Of a DNA stretch of 64,000 nucleotides, positions 9,096-19,769 are shown in pieces (position 1 is the stretch's first letter; each line of letters begins with the position of its first letter). The translations under genes were made by a program, and so were the position numbers. This DNA is from a virus (lineage: Duplodnaviria; Heunggongvirae; Uroviricota; Caudoviricetes; Herelleviridae): IMG/VR virus record IMGVR_UViG_2706796241_000001. The stretch is one strand, 5' to 3'. Under the pieces are notes generated by a model. The model saw nothing but the letters and a program-made list of their open reading frames with translations, had not been told where the DNA came from and searched no databases.

Positions 9096-11434
9096 TTAGT
9101 CTACCTGTTTAAGTAAATCTGAAACATCTGTTCCTGTTTCGGGGACTTCTTCTTTAGTAGCTTGGTTAGGTTGTTCCTTATGATTTTCCATATATTCTTT
9201 AGTAAATTCATATAATGGAATTTTGCATACGTCCACATCCTCATTATTAAACGGAGCATAACGATGTGGGAATGAGCGTACCATCATTTTAGCAAATAGT
9301 TCGTCTCGAACAGGTCTTCCCTCTTCTGAACGTAAATAAGCCACCCAAGCTTTATCTGAATTGAATTTAATCTCTTGTCCTGCATCCGTTGTATAAGACT
9401 TCCATGTACCTCCACTAATCAAGGCATACTGCTTATTAGTTGCAAAACATGAACGATAAATGTTTTCCTCTAAGTTCAGACCTGTGTCTGACATTAAGTA
9501 CATTTCCGCTTTTTGATTAGGACGGGACACTTTTGATTTTGCTGTTTTAACACGCAGGATATGTCCTACATAAGTCTCTTCCTCTGCACCGAATGCATTT
9601 AGCTCTTTATTCTTAATCTGGCTTGCTTTAACTACTTCTAATCGTAAGCTAGCCCAGTGGTGTAAAGCGTGTCCTCCGGGAGAGTCTACTCCACCAAACA
9701 TACTACCTAGCTCATCACGTGCTTGGTTAATAGCAATAAATAATGCTTTTGAATTTGTCATTAAAGGTGCAATGATTTGAGCAAACTGTGCCATTGCTTT
9801 TGCCTTAATCTATTATGTTCCTATAAGTTCGTTAAACTTATAGCGTTCTCTTATGAACTGCTACATGTCACCATGTAGTACAGACTATATCTTACTCCTA
9901 GTCGTTACTCTAGGAGCCCTACCATTTCCACCCACTTGGGTGTACTCTACTCGGTTCTCATTCATGTCCTCTCGACAAGAACTCCCCTTTCGATAGTCGT
10001 TGCATGTTCTAAACTAACCATTCTTTATAGGAATCCAGCTCATGCCAGTTACCTTGATGTCTTATACCATAAACCGTACCTCTAGTTGCATAGGGTAATC
10101 TTCTCTTTATTTCAGCAGGCTTTAAACCAATGTTCAATAATTTTATAATTTCTATTGCCTGTTCTGCTGATATTTTAGCAAAGTTACTTTCAGCGCCCTT
10201 TTTAGTAGTTTCTATTACATAGTGAGCGTGTTCCATATTCTCTGCATGAGTTACCCATTCTAGGTTATCTAAAGAGTTGTTATCTACTATCCCGTCTATG
10301 TGGTTTACCTCTGGTTTGTTGTCTGGGTTATCAATAAACTTCTCAGCTATCAACCTGTGTTCAAGCTTATAGATAGCTTTCCCATTTACTTCAAAACTAT
10401 AAACGAGATAACCTCTTTTATTTGGTTTTGGTTTTTTAAGTCGGTCGTTCCTTATGTCTATTACATTTCCTAAGTTAGACACTGCATAGTTATCTAAAGG
10501 TTTGTCTAGCCTTATAAATACCTCGTTAGGCTTCTTTTTGTATTTATATGATTTCTTCAAACCACACTCTACTGCTACCTTGCTAACTAATGCCCTATCT
10601 ACTCCAATTTCTTTAGCTAAGGAACTAATTGACTGACCTTGGTATTCTGCTTTTAAGAACTTATCTATGTTTACATAAGCATTACTAGAGACTGTTCCAG
10701 TAATTCTTTTCCTACATATCCCATATTGTTCTCTCTTAGCAAGTTGTTCTTTTGTTAGTTTAGCTTCACTCATGATTGTCTCACCTCTTTGGCTTTCTAC
10801 ATCCATTATACCACAAATGTATTTAATAGCCTTTATGAGAGTTCCCATGATAAAGATAGGTTTCTTTTAGATATTACTATCTAACGGAGCTTTATTACAA
10901 ACCCGGTTGTTGATTACCTACACCTTTTTCTAACTCTTTCTCAGAAGCTGTTTGCGCTACAGAGTCCCAAATAATTAATACAGGTTTTCCAAGCTTACTA
11001 AATACTGGTAAGAGTCGTTGTAACTCTTCTGCTACACGTTCTACCGTGATTGTATCTTTACTACCGTCTTTGTTCTGTTTAGGCTCTACCATGAATACTC
11101 CGCCTGCACTAAAGTCTACCCCTAGTTCTGCTAAGCGTTCTGGGTCTGCGGTACCTTCAACGTCAATCCATACAGTTGGTACATCTAGCATTTGCGCTAC
11201 CTTTGTCAGATGGACTGCTAAAGTGGACTTACCACTAGAGTTCTTACCAAAGACCTCGACCATACGTCCAAATGGCAATCCTCCACCTAAAATGTAATCA
11301 AGCTGTGGAATCATTGTTGGTAGTCTGTCTGATACATTAGAGAACTTTGTGTCCGTAAATGTAGTTAGACCTACTTCTTTTGTCAAATCGATAGTTCCAA
11401 AATCTATTTCTTCACTTTTTCTTTTTCTTGCCAA
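9096..11434 (-). CDS. recA: RecA-like recombinase, spliced: exon 1 11434-10901, exon 2 9809-9096 (415 aa)
   Basis: Walker A GKNSSGKS, Walker B IIWDSV, INQAR, PGGHALHH; splicing joins QQPG|IKAKAMAQ in frame. Confidence 0.92.
9810..10900 (-). mobile_element. group I intron in recA (1091 nt) carrying an HNH ORF
   Basis: Exon ends in U (GGGT) pairing with IGS GCTC; R element CAACGACTAT; S element AAGATATAGTC; P7.1/P7.2, P8 and P9 hairpins; terminal G at 9810; removal restores the frame. Confidence 0.92.
10009..10773 (-). CDS. intron-encoded HNH homing endonuclease (NUMOD4/HNH, I-HmuI-like)
   Basis: YAVSNLGNV, HRLIAEKF, VNHIDGIVDNNSLDNLEWVTHAENMEH. Start reassigned to ATG 10773 (GAGGTG RBS); ORF track gives 10848. 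Confidence 0.88.
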   Translation of the reverse strand: MSEAKLTKEQLAKREQYGICRKRITGTVSSNAYVNIDKFLKAEYQGQSISSLAKEIGVDRALVSKVAVECGLKKSYKYKKKPNEVFIRLDKPLDNYAVSNLGNVIDIRNDRLKKPKPNKRGYLVYSFEVNGKAIYKLEHRLIAEKFIDNPDNKPEVNHIDGIVDNNSLDNLEWVTHAENMEHAHYVIETTKKGAESNFAKISAEQAIEIIKLLNIGLKPAEIKRRLPYATRGTVYGIRHQGNWHELDSYKEWLV

Positions 11435-11479
11435 TATTGTTCACTCCTACTAAATATTTTGGATAGTTACCACAGAATT

Positions 11480-11500
11480 AAAAGGGGCAGTATGCCCCTC
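11480..11500 (-). terminator. intrinsic terminator
   Basis: AGGGGCA/TGCCCCT stem plus T-run. Confidence 0.7.
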
Positions 11501-11518
11501 CTAACTGTTTCATTATTG

Positions 11519-12808
11519 TTAAACGTTGCCTACCATACCTGCTAATAGGTCGTCTACACTAGGTGTGTTATTTGGCTGTTGGTTAACAACTGGTTGGCTG
11601 ACTGGCTCTGGTGTATTAGTCACAGGTTGCTCAGGTACAGCATTTTGCTGTGGTGATACATCAGGCATGGACTGCATATTGAAAGGCATATCCGCATCAG
11701 AAATGGTAGAAGGGTCTGTCACTGGTTGTTCATTGAAAGAGCCAATCGGTTGTTGCTGTTGTACAGGTTGTTGTACAGGTTGTTGGTTAAACCCTCCATT
11801 AATGTTTGGAGGTGTTCCCATGTTCGTTGCATTAAAACCTGTAGCAGGCTGTTGTGGTTGGCTTTGCTGTGGCGACCAACCAGTATTTTGTTGCATTGGT
11901 TGTACAGGTTGTTGGTTAAATTGTGGTTGTACAGGCTGTTGGTTAAATTGAGGCTGTACTGGTTGCTGATTAAATTGTGGAGCTTGGGTTCCTTGACTTT
12001 GTGCTCCTTGATGCACAGGTTCTTTCCCGTCTACTACATCAATAAAGTACTCAATAAACTCACGATTGTACTCTACAGAAGGTGTAGCTTGGTATTTCAA
12101 GTCTTCTAATAAGTTTTCCCAACCTTGTGGTAATGCACCTAAACTACGATTACTAATCACTTGTACATTGTACGAAGTAGGTTTGTTACTACGTGGTGGT
12201 TTTGTAATTGAAATAGGAAATGCATCTGCAGAAGAGATAAAGCTGTATTGTGCTACTTCTTCTGGTACATCAGGTGAAAACTGTGGGCGTAACATTGGGT
12301 TACTTAAGCTCTCATTAATAGCCATGCAAGCTGTTTGTGGTAACTTAAGTAAACGAACCATTAGCTGACCATTAGAATCTGTTTCGTAGTTAACTTCCCC
12401 TGTTTGTTGGTTAATAATTAACTGCACTACATTAACGTAGTAACGTTGACGAGGTTTTGTATTACGGCTATAAGGGTTTGGTACACGATTTTCTGCGTTC
12501 CAACGAATCATAGCTTGTTCTAAGATGTCTTCTGCATTAGGGTGTTCTGAAAAGATAAAGTTGCTCTTTAAATCTTTACCATTACGATTACGAGTTGTTA
12601 AGAATGCCTCACGAGCGCTAACATTATAGTTTTCTCCCGGTACTGCAGGAGGTAACACACGTACATATAGAGTTGATGGTTGACCATTTTCTGCTTTAGG
12701 GAAGTATAATTCTTTATGTTTTAAATGATTTGATGGGTAGTCTACCGCTTCACGTTCTCCAATATTTTGTTGTTTTAATTGTTGTTGTAATTGTTCTTGA
12801 AAATTCAT
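11519..12808 (-). CDS. putative single-stranded DNA-binding protein with Gln/Pro-rich tail
   Basis: gp32-like VRVLPP and RYYVNV segments; acidic DDLL C-terminus; position upstream of recA. Confidence 0.7.
   Translation of the reverse strand: MNFQEQLQQQLKQQNIGEREAVDYPSNHLKHKELYFPKAENGQPSTLYVRVLPPAVPGENYNVSAREAFLTTRNRNGKDLKSNFIFSEHPNAEDILEQAMIRWNAENRVPNPYSRNTKPRQRYYVNVVQLIINQQTGEVNYETDSNGQLMVRLLKLPQTACMAINESLSNPMLRPQFSPDVPEEVAQYSFISSADAFPISITKPPRSNKPTSYNVQVISNRSLGALPQGWENLLEDLKYQATPSVEYNREFIEYFIDVVDGKEPVHQGAQSQGTQAPQFNQQPVQPQFNQQPVQPQFNQQPVQPMQQNTGWSPQQSQPQQPATGFNATNMGTPPNINGGFNQQPVQQPVQQQQPIGSFNEQPVTDPSTISDADMPFNMQSMPDVSPQQNAVPEQPVTNTPEPVSQPVVNQQPNNTPSVDDLLAGMVGNV
11898..11978. repeat. three tandem 27-bp repeats encoding QFNQQPVQP
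   Basis: GGTTGTACAGGTTGTTGGTTAAATTGT-like unit x3. Confidence 0.85.
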
Positions 12809-12863
12809 TTAAATTTCTCCATTTCTATTTTTTTTATATTATATTATTTTTTTATCACTAATT

Positions 12864-13406
12864 TTACTGTTCTAAATTCCATTGAAAGTCTGAGAAACCA
12901 TTATTTACCTTATTTTTCATTGGGTCTGGCATACTAACCTTTTGGCTATACTCATATTCCCTACGAAGGTCTGCTCCATACTGAATAAGCATATCTTTTC
13001 TTTGTTCAAAAGCTTTAACTATATATTGCAGTTGTCTCACGTTAAATGATAGGTTAACTATACTCTGTCTAAGTTTGTAATAGTCTTCATCTAACATAAT
13101 CTGTGCCTCAATCTGGTCTTTTGTAGGTTTAGCTACTCCTTGATTGATTAAGGCAACCCGAGAAGGCTCATATAGTTCTGCTTTCTTCTTCTCTGCTTTT
13201 AACTCATAGTTTTCTTGATACATGCGCAAGCGCTCTAGTATCGAAGTCCAATAAGTATACTTAGCAGGTTGCTCTAAAAATGCTGTTCTCACATTAAATT
13301 CATTGACTTGTAACTCTGTTTGTAAATCATGTGTCACAACTTCTCCGTTATCATCAATAATTTTAATTGTTTTGAACTCTAAATCATCTACTCGTAAATT
13401 AAGCAC
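12864..13406 (-). CDS. putative UvsY-like recombination mediator
   Basis: Coiled-coil, PTKDQIEAQI, KAFEQRKDML; next to SSB and recA. Confidence 0.55.
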   Translation of the reverse strand: MLNLRVDDLEFKTIKIIDDNGEVVTHDLQTELQVNEFNVRTAFLEQPAKYTYWTSILERLRMYQENYELKAEKKKAELYEPSRVALINQGVAKPTKDQIEAQIMLDEDYYKLRQSIVNLSFNVRQLQYIVKAFEQRKDMLIQYGADLRREYEYSQKVSMPDPMKNKVNNGFSDFQWNLEQ

Positions 13407-13508
13407 ACTCTCTAACTCCCCCTTCTTGTATTAATACAGAAAACTTGTCTGCCATATTATAATAACATACTATACGTCAATAGTCAAGCTATTTTTAACA
13501 TTTTTTTA

Positions 13509-16500
13509 TTAAATTGTCATTTGCTTATATGACTCTATTGCATCTTGGATAACTTTGATACCTTGGTCTTTTTGCTCTTCTGAGATAAGTTTGTTATCAT
13601 AGTAATCTTTAATCTTAGCTTGGTCTTTGAAGTATTTTACGTATCCTCGGTAAGAAGCAAACTCGTTGATAATTTCTGCATCATAATCAACCATATCATT
13701 GTAATTCTCCCCAATCTCTACATCTGCCACAATAGGGTAACGCATCTCTTTACCTTCCCACTCAATCATTAAGAAATCAATTGGCAAGTTCTCCATAATA
13801 TATTTAGCCACTTTTGCCATCTCGTCCACTTCATCACGTGGGCAATCGATAACAAGTGAGTCATGTACAGTGATAACAATACGTGAACGCTTATTGTGTT
13901 TTCTGATATACTCGTCAATGTATACCATTGATAGGTTAGTTAAGTAGGCACCAGTTCCTTGAATGATTGTGTTTACTGACTTACGCATTGCTCCATTAAA
14001 TACTTTCTTATCTTTAGAGAATGAGTCACGCAATAATCTACGATGTCCTTGTAGTGTTTCTACATAGCCATAACGTTGAGCAAATTGATGTGTCTCTTCA
14101 ATAAATTGTTTAATACTTGGCTTACTTGCAAAGTACTCTTCAAAAATACGCTCTGCTTCTTCTACAGTTACACCTAACTTAGGTGCAATTGAAAAAGGAC
14201 TTTCCAGTTATACCCTCGGTTTCCCGATATTTATTAGGGGCTTAGACTATATCACGCTCCTAGTCGTTACTCTAGGAGCCTTACCATTTCCACCTGTTGG
14301 TGTACTCTACTCAGTTATATTGTAGGTGTCCTCTCGACAGGTACTCACTTTTCGATAGTCGTTCGGCATTTATGCTATAGTGTGTTTTCTTTACTGGTTT
14401 GAGGTGTTCACACATAACCCTATAAAGGTTCAGATATGTAGTGCTTACCAGTACACCACATACATCATTACCTAGTAGATATTCTAGCTACCTACACTCT
14501 TTTTTACTATAGCAACTTAGCACGGGATTGCCTCTATCCTTTTCAGGACTTAGGTTCTCTTATCAGCTTATTGGTTATTCAGCTATGCCCGTTTAGGTAA
14601 GTTTAATCGAGTAGCTTACGCTACAAGACGGCAATTGTGTTTACCGTAAGCGATGCCGAAGTTGACACTCTTCGCACGTTGTCGCATATCTTTTGGTACA
14701 TTATCTTTAGGTAACTTCCATACAAGAGATGCAGTTGCCTCATGCATATCTTCACCATTAATAAATGCTTGTGTCATTGCTTTATCTTTTGCAATCAAAC
14801 CTAAAATACGCATTTCTAGGGCAGAGTAGTCTAGTTGTAGCATTCCGCCTCCCTCAAATCTTGTTCTAAATAAACGTTTAATTGGGTATTTATAGTCAAA
14901 ACGTCTAGGGTCTCCAACCTTACTACTTAATTGTTGCATATTCGGGTTGTTTGCACTCAATCGTGTAGATTCTGTACCTGTACTGTTATATGAACCATGA
15001 ATCATGCCATCTTTGTTAGATGCTAATTTAGGTAACTTTTGAGCAAAGTTATTTTTAGTGTGTTTACTTTAGAATACTCTAGCAAAAGTTCAGCAACATG
15101 TTTAGCCTCTGGATAATTTTCTGCAATATAAGCTAGTGCATGTTTATCTGTTTTATAATCTCTCCATGTTAGCTGATGTTCTGGTACCCCATTGTCAAAA
15201 GTTTCTTTTTTAATAGATTCTTTATCATAAGGTAGTGTAAGCCCCATTACTTTAAATAGCAGTCTACCTTTATGTTCAGACGAACTTGGTTTAAAATGTA
15301 CTTTATTCTCACTATCAGTAATTTTATATTTATCTCGTAGTCTGGCAACAGAGGCATCTCTATCTTTGACAGGCTTTGTCATTTCTTTAAGCCCCTCTTT
15401 GTAGAACATCATATGTTCATCTTCTACTTCTTTTACTTCTGGTAGCTTTCTAATTTCATTAAGCAACCGATGTTCTTCTTCTGTATAGATGTTCTCTACT
15501 AATTCTGCGTATTCAGAGTCTAATAGAACACCAGAAGCCTCGATGTGTGCTAATGTTGCTGTTAGTCTAGGATAAAAGCCTAGCCATAATTCCAACATCT
15601 TAGGATGTTCCTCAATTCGTTTATATAGAACATTATAAATACGTAGACAGCAATCGACATCTCCACTAGCATATGGGTGCATAATTTCTAATGGAATCCA
15701 GTCGTAGTTAAAGTTACCACCGTCAATCTCATTAATAAGTTTAATATCCGATTTCTTAGGTACTACAACTTTTTCTTTTACTGGTTTAATGATGGATTTA
15801 GTAGGTTTACCAATAAGCTTAGCTTCTTTAACTTCTTGCTTATATCTATCCATTGCTATCTTGAACTCAAACTCTACTCGTTCTTTTTCAGCTTCTTTGA
15901 AAGCATCAATCTCTGCTTTCTTACGAGCAATATAGTCCTCTTTATACTGTTTTTTATACTGCTCTAACGGTTCGTCATAGCCTCCCATATCTGTTAATTC
16001 ATATGCAATATCGGATAGCCGTTTTGAAGTGTCTACTTTCTGAGAAACAATTAGATAGTAAGCAATTTTTGTATCTCTGTTGTCTTCAAACTCTGTAAAT
16101 CCTTTTGTGTTCATTAAGAATCTAATATCGAACTGGATATTTTGTCCTACTTTTGGTTGCTGTCTGTCCGCTAAAAACTTCTCAAATAAGTCATATATTT
16201 CGTTAAGTTCTTCTGGGCTCCATTTAGCTTCATGGTGTTCTAACGGTATAGTCACACCTTGCCCCTCTAGCCAACTCATAGACATTACAAGAGGCTTAGC
16301 CCCTAATAAGTCACCACGTAAACTATTTGTCTCCAAGTCCCATGCAGTTACTGGCTTCGTTTTGTCTAAAAAACCAAAAATTTGTCTTACACGTTCAATG
16401 TTATCAACAAATTCGTAATCTACTTTTTTAGGGATAAATGCTTGTTCCCCTTCTTGAACAAACTTACCCAATGTATCAATATCCGCCATGATAAAGTTCT

Positions 16501-17017
16501 CAATGTTTGGGTTAGCTGTCCAGTATTCCATACTAAACATAGGTAGTACCCAAGTTTCAAAAGAGTCTACTACTTCGTCTACCTCAAGCCCTTGCTCATC
16601 AGCCGTTCTCAGTATGTTCTCATTCGTAATTGTTTTCTTAGTTGGTACTCCTCTATTCTTTGTGATAGAAGTACTTCCTAATAAATTTTTACAACCCATC
16701 TCCCCCATTGGGATGATAATATCTGGTTTGTATTTCATTAAACGTCTGAGTAACCGTTCCTCTGGTTCTTTACGCTGTCTTAACGTAGGTGTCTTATACT
16801 TAATTGGTTTACCTGTTCTAGGGTTAACTTTCTGTACTTCCGGAATCATGTCGTACACATAGTCTACAGCATAGTCCCTACCTGTCAGCCCTATTGTATT
16901 TAACAGACCTGTGAGTTTTTTACCCATTTCTGTTCTTTTAAAATCAACTGTTTGTCCGTTCTTTCCATTATGGACATGATTTTCTCTAATGTACTCTTGT
17001 AAGAATAGAATTTTCAA
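13509..17017 (-). CDS. polA: family A DNA polymerase with N-terminal UDG-like and 3'-5' exonuclease domains; exon 1 17017-14643, exon 2 14204-13509 (about 1023 aa)
   Basis: Exo motifs WDLET, NIQFD, YASGD; motif A LDYSALEMR, motif B RAKSVNFGIAYG|ES, motif C VHDS; one A missing at 15052-15056. Confidence 0.92.
14205..14642 (-). mobile_element. ORF-less group I intron in polA (438 nt)
   Basis: Exon ACGGU pairs with IGS GCCGT; R element AACGACTAT; S element ATATAGTC; terminal G at 14205; splicing joins YG|ESPFSIAPKLG in frame. Confidence 0.92.
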
Positions 17018-17052
17018 TTACACTTTTCTCCTCTCTGTTGCTCTATGACACT

Positions 17053-17081
17053 AGTATACTTTGTATTATGTTATTTGTCAA
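17053..17081 (-). promoter_or_regulatory. sigmaA-type promoter of polA
   Basis: TTGACA-17 nt-TATACT. Confidence 0.75.
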
Positions 17082-17106
17082 TATAGAAAGAGCAAAAAAG
17101 AGAGCT

Positions 17107-17417
17107 TTATTTGCTCTCTTTATTATAAGTATCTATTGACTCTTTCAACTTGGATAATGGTACAAATTTAACTACATATTTTTCAGGTTGTATAAAACTT
17201 TTAGAGTTTATACCATCCCATGCTACCTTCTCTGGCTTTTTTTAATGTTTAGTTTCCATAATTTGTGATTCTTTACAGAGATACCTTGTGATACTGCTTG
17301 AGCTACTACTTCATCTTCTACTTCTAAAATCTTCAATATATCTTTCATTCGATAACCAGTATGGTGAGAGATTGTTCGAGCTATGTCTGTTCGGTTAATC
17401 GTTTTATCTTTACTCAT
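17107..17417 (-). CDS. HU/IHF-like DNA-binding protein (103 aa; apparent frameshift at 17237-17243)
   Basis: INRTDIARTIS...; restored C-terminus KPEKVAWDGINSKSFIQPEKYVVKFVPLSKLKE fits the HU arm. Confidence 0.8.
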
Positions 17418-18203
17418 CCTGATTACCCTTTCTCTTTAATGCACGCTCCCTGTTAGCATTACGTTTAATTTTTTCTTTCTGAATATATCTGTCTATTTTA
17501 TTGTAGTCCTCATCACTATCGCACACTAGCCAAATGTTCATAGCCCAAATAGATAAGGAAGTTTGTACATACTTAAAGAATTTATATTTGTACTCTGATT
17601 TAACCTCATAGTGGCTACCTACTTTATGATAGTATTCTTCATGTCTAGTATCGAACTCTTCTTCTGTAAGACAAGGGAACGATATTTGAATCTTGTCTAC
17701 ATTTGTTTTTAGAGGATGTAGTGCAAATAACACATCATACGGGCTAACATCAGGTAGCACTACTGGGCAATCAATCGTTACAGGGCAGGCAGTGAAAGCT
17801 AGTTGAACATTTTCAATCTCTCTGTTCTCATAGCTATTTTTTGTAGGATAGATTACTTCACTTGTTAAATTCTTAGATATTTGCTCAATTATGTAGTATG
17901 GTACGATTGTATCTGTGTAATAGGACACAGAGCCCGCATGTTTAAATAATTTCTGAATAAGTCTGTCGTTCGTATACTTTTCTTGATAAAGTATATAAGA
18001 TTTTTCATTTGTTCTATCCATGTAGCCTATAGGGGTCTTCAATGGGTTGCTTGCTAGTTCGTCCATTTCCCTCTCTATCTCTTCTTCATTCAATCGGTTA
18101 ACTTTAATTTTTTTGCTATATCTTCTTTTTTCATTAAATTAATATTAAAGTACCGGTCAGTGTTATAAATATTAAGTCTTTTCACTCTGGGTGCTTTTGT
18201 CAT
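17410..18203 (-). CDS. hypothetical protein (apparent frameshift at 18108-18114)
   Basis: ORF 17410-18093 extends to ATG 18203 (AGGAG RBS) when one A is added. Confidence 0.7.
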
Positions 18204-18295
18204 TATAAAATGCTCCTTCTACTTTTTAATTTCCCTATCTCTATTATACCATAAATATAAAAGATAGCTTTTCGTAGAAAGAGCATTATATTGTA

Positions 18296-18775
18296 CTAAG
18301 TTGTAATAAATTTTAAATAGTTTTCTGTATTTTCAAGAACAGTTTTCACATCACCTGAACTACTGTTTAGTTCCATTAAGGCTGAAATAATATAGTTTTG
18401 CTGTTCTTTATTGTAACTCTGTGCTGTTTGAAATAAAAATTTCTCAATAATAGGTTCTTCTGGAATTTCTATTAGCTGAGCATCTCTGATATGGCTATTC
18501 TTAAATAGGAAATTCTCTAAAAATTTCTTACATTTACCTATATAGCTACTTGGTGACTGTGTTAAAACCAGTTGTGCTCGTTTCAAGTACCAAGAACTTT
18601 TGTTAAGGTCTTCTTGTAGCTTTCCCTTGAAAGGTGCTCGACAAATATACTTAATAACATTTCCTAAATGGTATCTAATTTCCGCAGGGTACTTAGCAGT
18701 AATATATTCTATAACCTCTATTACCTCTATTTCTCCTTGCGTATAATGACTAGGACTATTAACGTTGTCTATCAT
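18296..18775 (-). CDS. DUF3310 / SaV-like protein
   Basis: DNVNSPSHYTQGEIEVIEVI...GNVIKYICRA..K...EDLNKSSWYL. Confidence 0.85.
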   Translation of the reverse strand: MIDNVNSPSHYTQGEIEVIEVIEYITAKYPAEIRYHLGNVIKYICRAPFKGKLQEDLNKSSWYLKRAQLVLTQSPSSYIGKCKKFLENFLFKNSHIRDAQLIEIPEEPIIEKFLFQTAQSYNKEQQNYIISALMELNSSSGDVKTVLENTENYLKFITT

Positions 18776-18780
18776 CTACT

Positions 18781-19080
18781 CTAGTCCTCCCGTAGTTTTT
18801 TAGAAGCTTGTTTAAATTCTTTTTTAAGTCTTTTAAGGAGCTCAGCATGCTCATTGCTATCTTGAGGTAGTTTCTTCCCTATAGCTACAACATGTGCAGT
18901 TTCTAAGCTGAATACTCGTAAATCAATGTCGTATGTCAATGTATCAATAACGTAGTCTTCCCGCTCACCTGTCCAGTTAGCTGAGAAACTAACAGATATA
19001 CTTGAGGTTTCTTTCATTACACTATCTGACTCGAGATACGACTGTACTGTTGCTAGAGCTTCCTGATATGTTTTAGCCAT
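18781..19080 (-). CDS. hypothetical protein
   Basis: 99-aa ORF, GGAGGAG RBS. Confidence 0.75.
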   Translation of the reverse strand: MAKTYQEALATVQSYLESDSVMKETSSISVSFSANWTGEREDYVIDTLTYDIDLRVFSLETAHVVAIGKKLPQDSNEHAELLKRLKKEFKQASKKLRED

Positions 19081-19081
19081 G

Positions 19082-19750
19082 CTATTCTCCTCCTAAATAA
19101 GAATTAACTAGTGCATCTAGTGAATCCTCTGCATCCATTTGTTTAGCATCATCCATTATGGTTGTTTCATAAACTAGGCTATCTTCCCAGTCATAGTCAC
19201 TAGGAAAATAAAATAAAAAGTAGTCTTTGTCTTTGCTACCATAAGGCTTAAAGCTAGTTATTGCATCTAAAACTGTAGTAAATGTCTTGTAACAATGAGT
19301 ATCCTTGTAGTCGTCTACATATGTTATGTTAGAGACCATCAAAGGGTAACCTCTTTTTTCAATCTCATTAACAAGTTTTTCATTATATGCCATAGTAACA
19401 AAATTCTTTGCTCTGTTTCTAGTAAATATAAGTAGTGGGATATTTTTCGTTTCTTTTGCATCCCCCACAACTTGTGCCCACCAGTTCTTAATTTCTTTGT
19501 TATTTAAGAATAAGTTCTCAATCGTCCAGTCTTCACGATTTTTACATTCTATAACAAATGGGAAGTTAGCATCGCTAGGGACTACAATGTCCCCGGCAAC
19601 GTTATTACTAGAAGCCCAGTGAAGCCCCCCAGAAGCAGGTACTCGGTTAAACTCATATCCCCACCACTCTGTGAGTTCTTTAGCCATTTGACGTTCAAAA
19701 CGTCCGCCTTTGTTACGACTTTTCTTGCCTACTGCGCTGTAGTCTGTCAT
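19082..19750 (-). CDS. Holliday junction resolvase (Hjc-like)
   Basis: KSRNKGGRFER, RVPASGG, GDI, VIECKN. Confidence 0.85.
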   Translation of the reverse strand: MTDYSAVGKKSRNKGGRFERQMAKELTEWWGYEFNRVPASGGLHWASSNNVAGDIVVPSDANFPFVIECKNREDWTIENLFLNNKEIKNWWAQVVGDAKETKNIPLLIFTRNRAKNFVTMAYNEKLVNEIEKRGYPLMVSNITYVDDYKDTHCYKTFTTVLDAITSFKPYGSKDKDYFLFYFPSDYDWEDSLVYETTIMDDAKQMDAEDSLDALVNSYLGGE

Positions 19751-19769
19751 TCAGCTAACCTCTTTCATA

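Noticed and set aside
10774..10848. N-terminal 25 codons of the 279-aa HNH ORF
   Set aside because: They overlap intron P4/P5 and lie upstream of the RBS, mostly upstream of the predicted internal TSS; ATG 10773 is the better start.
11898..11978. CRISPR-like array
   Set aside because: Contiguous in-frame coding repeats without spacers; no cas genes.
13509..17017. Polymerase split into three genes or a pseudogene
   Set aside because: Explained by one group I intron plus one homopolymer error; all catalytic motifs are present.
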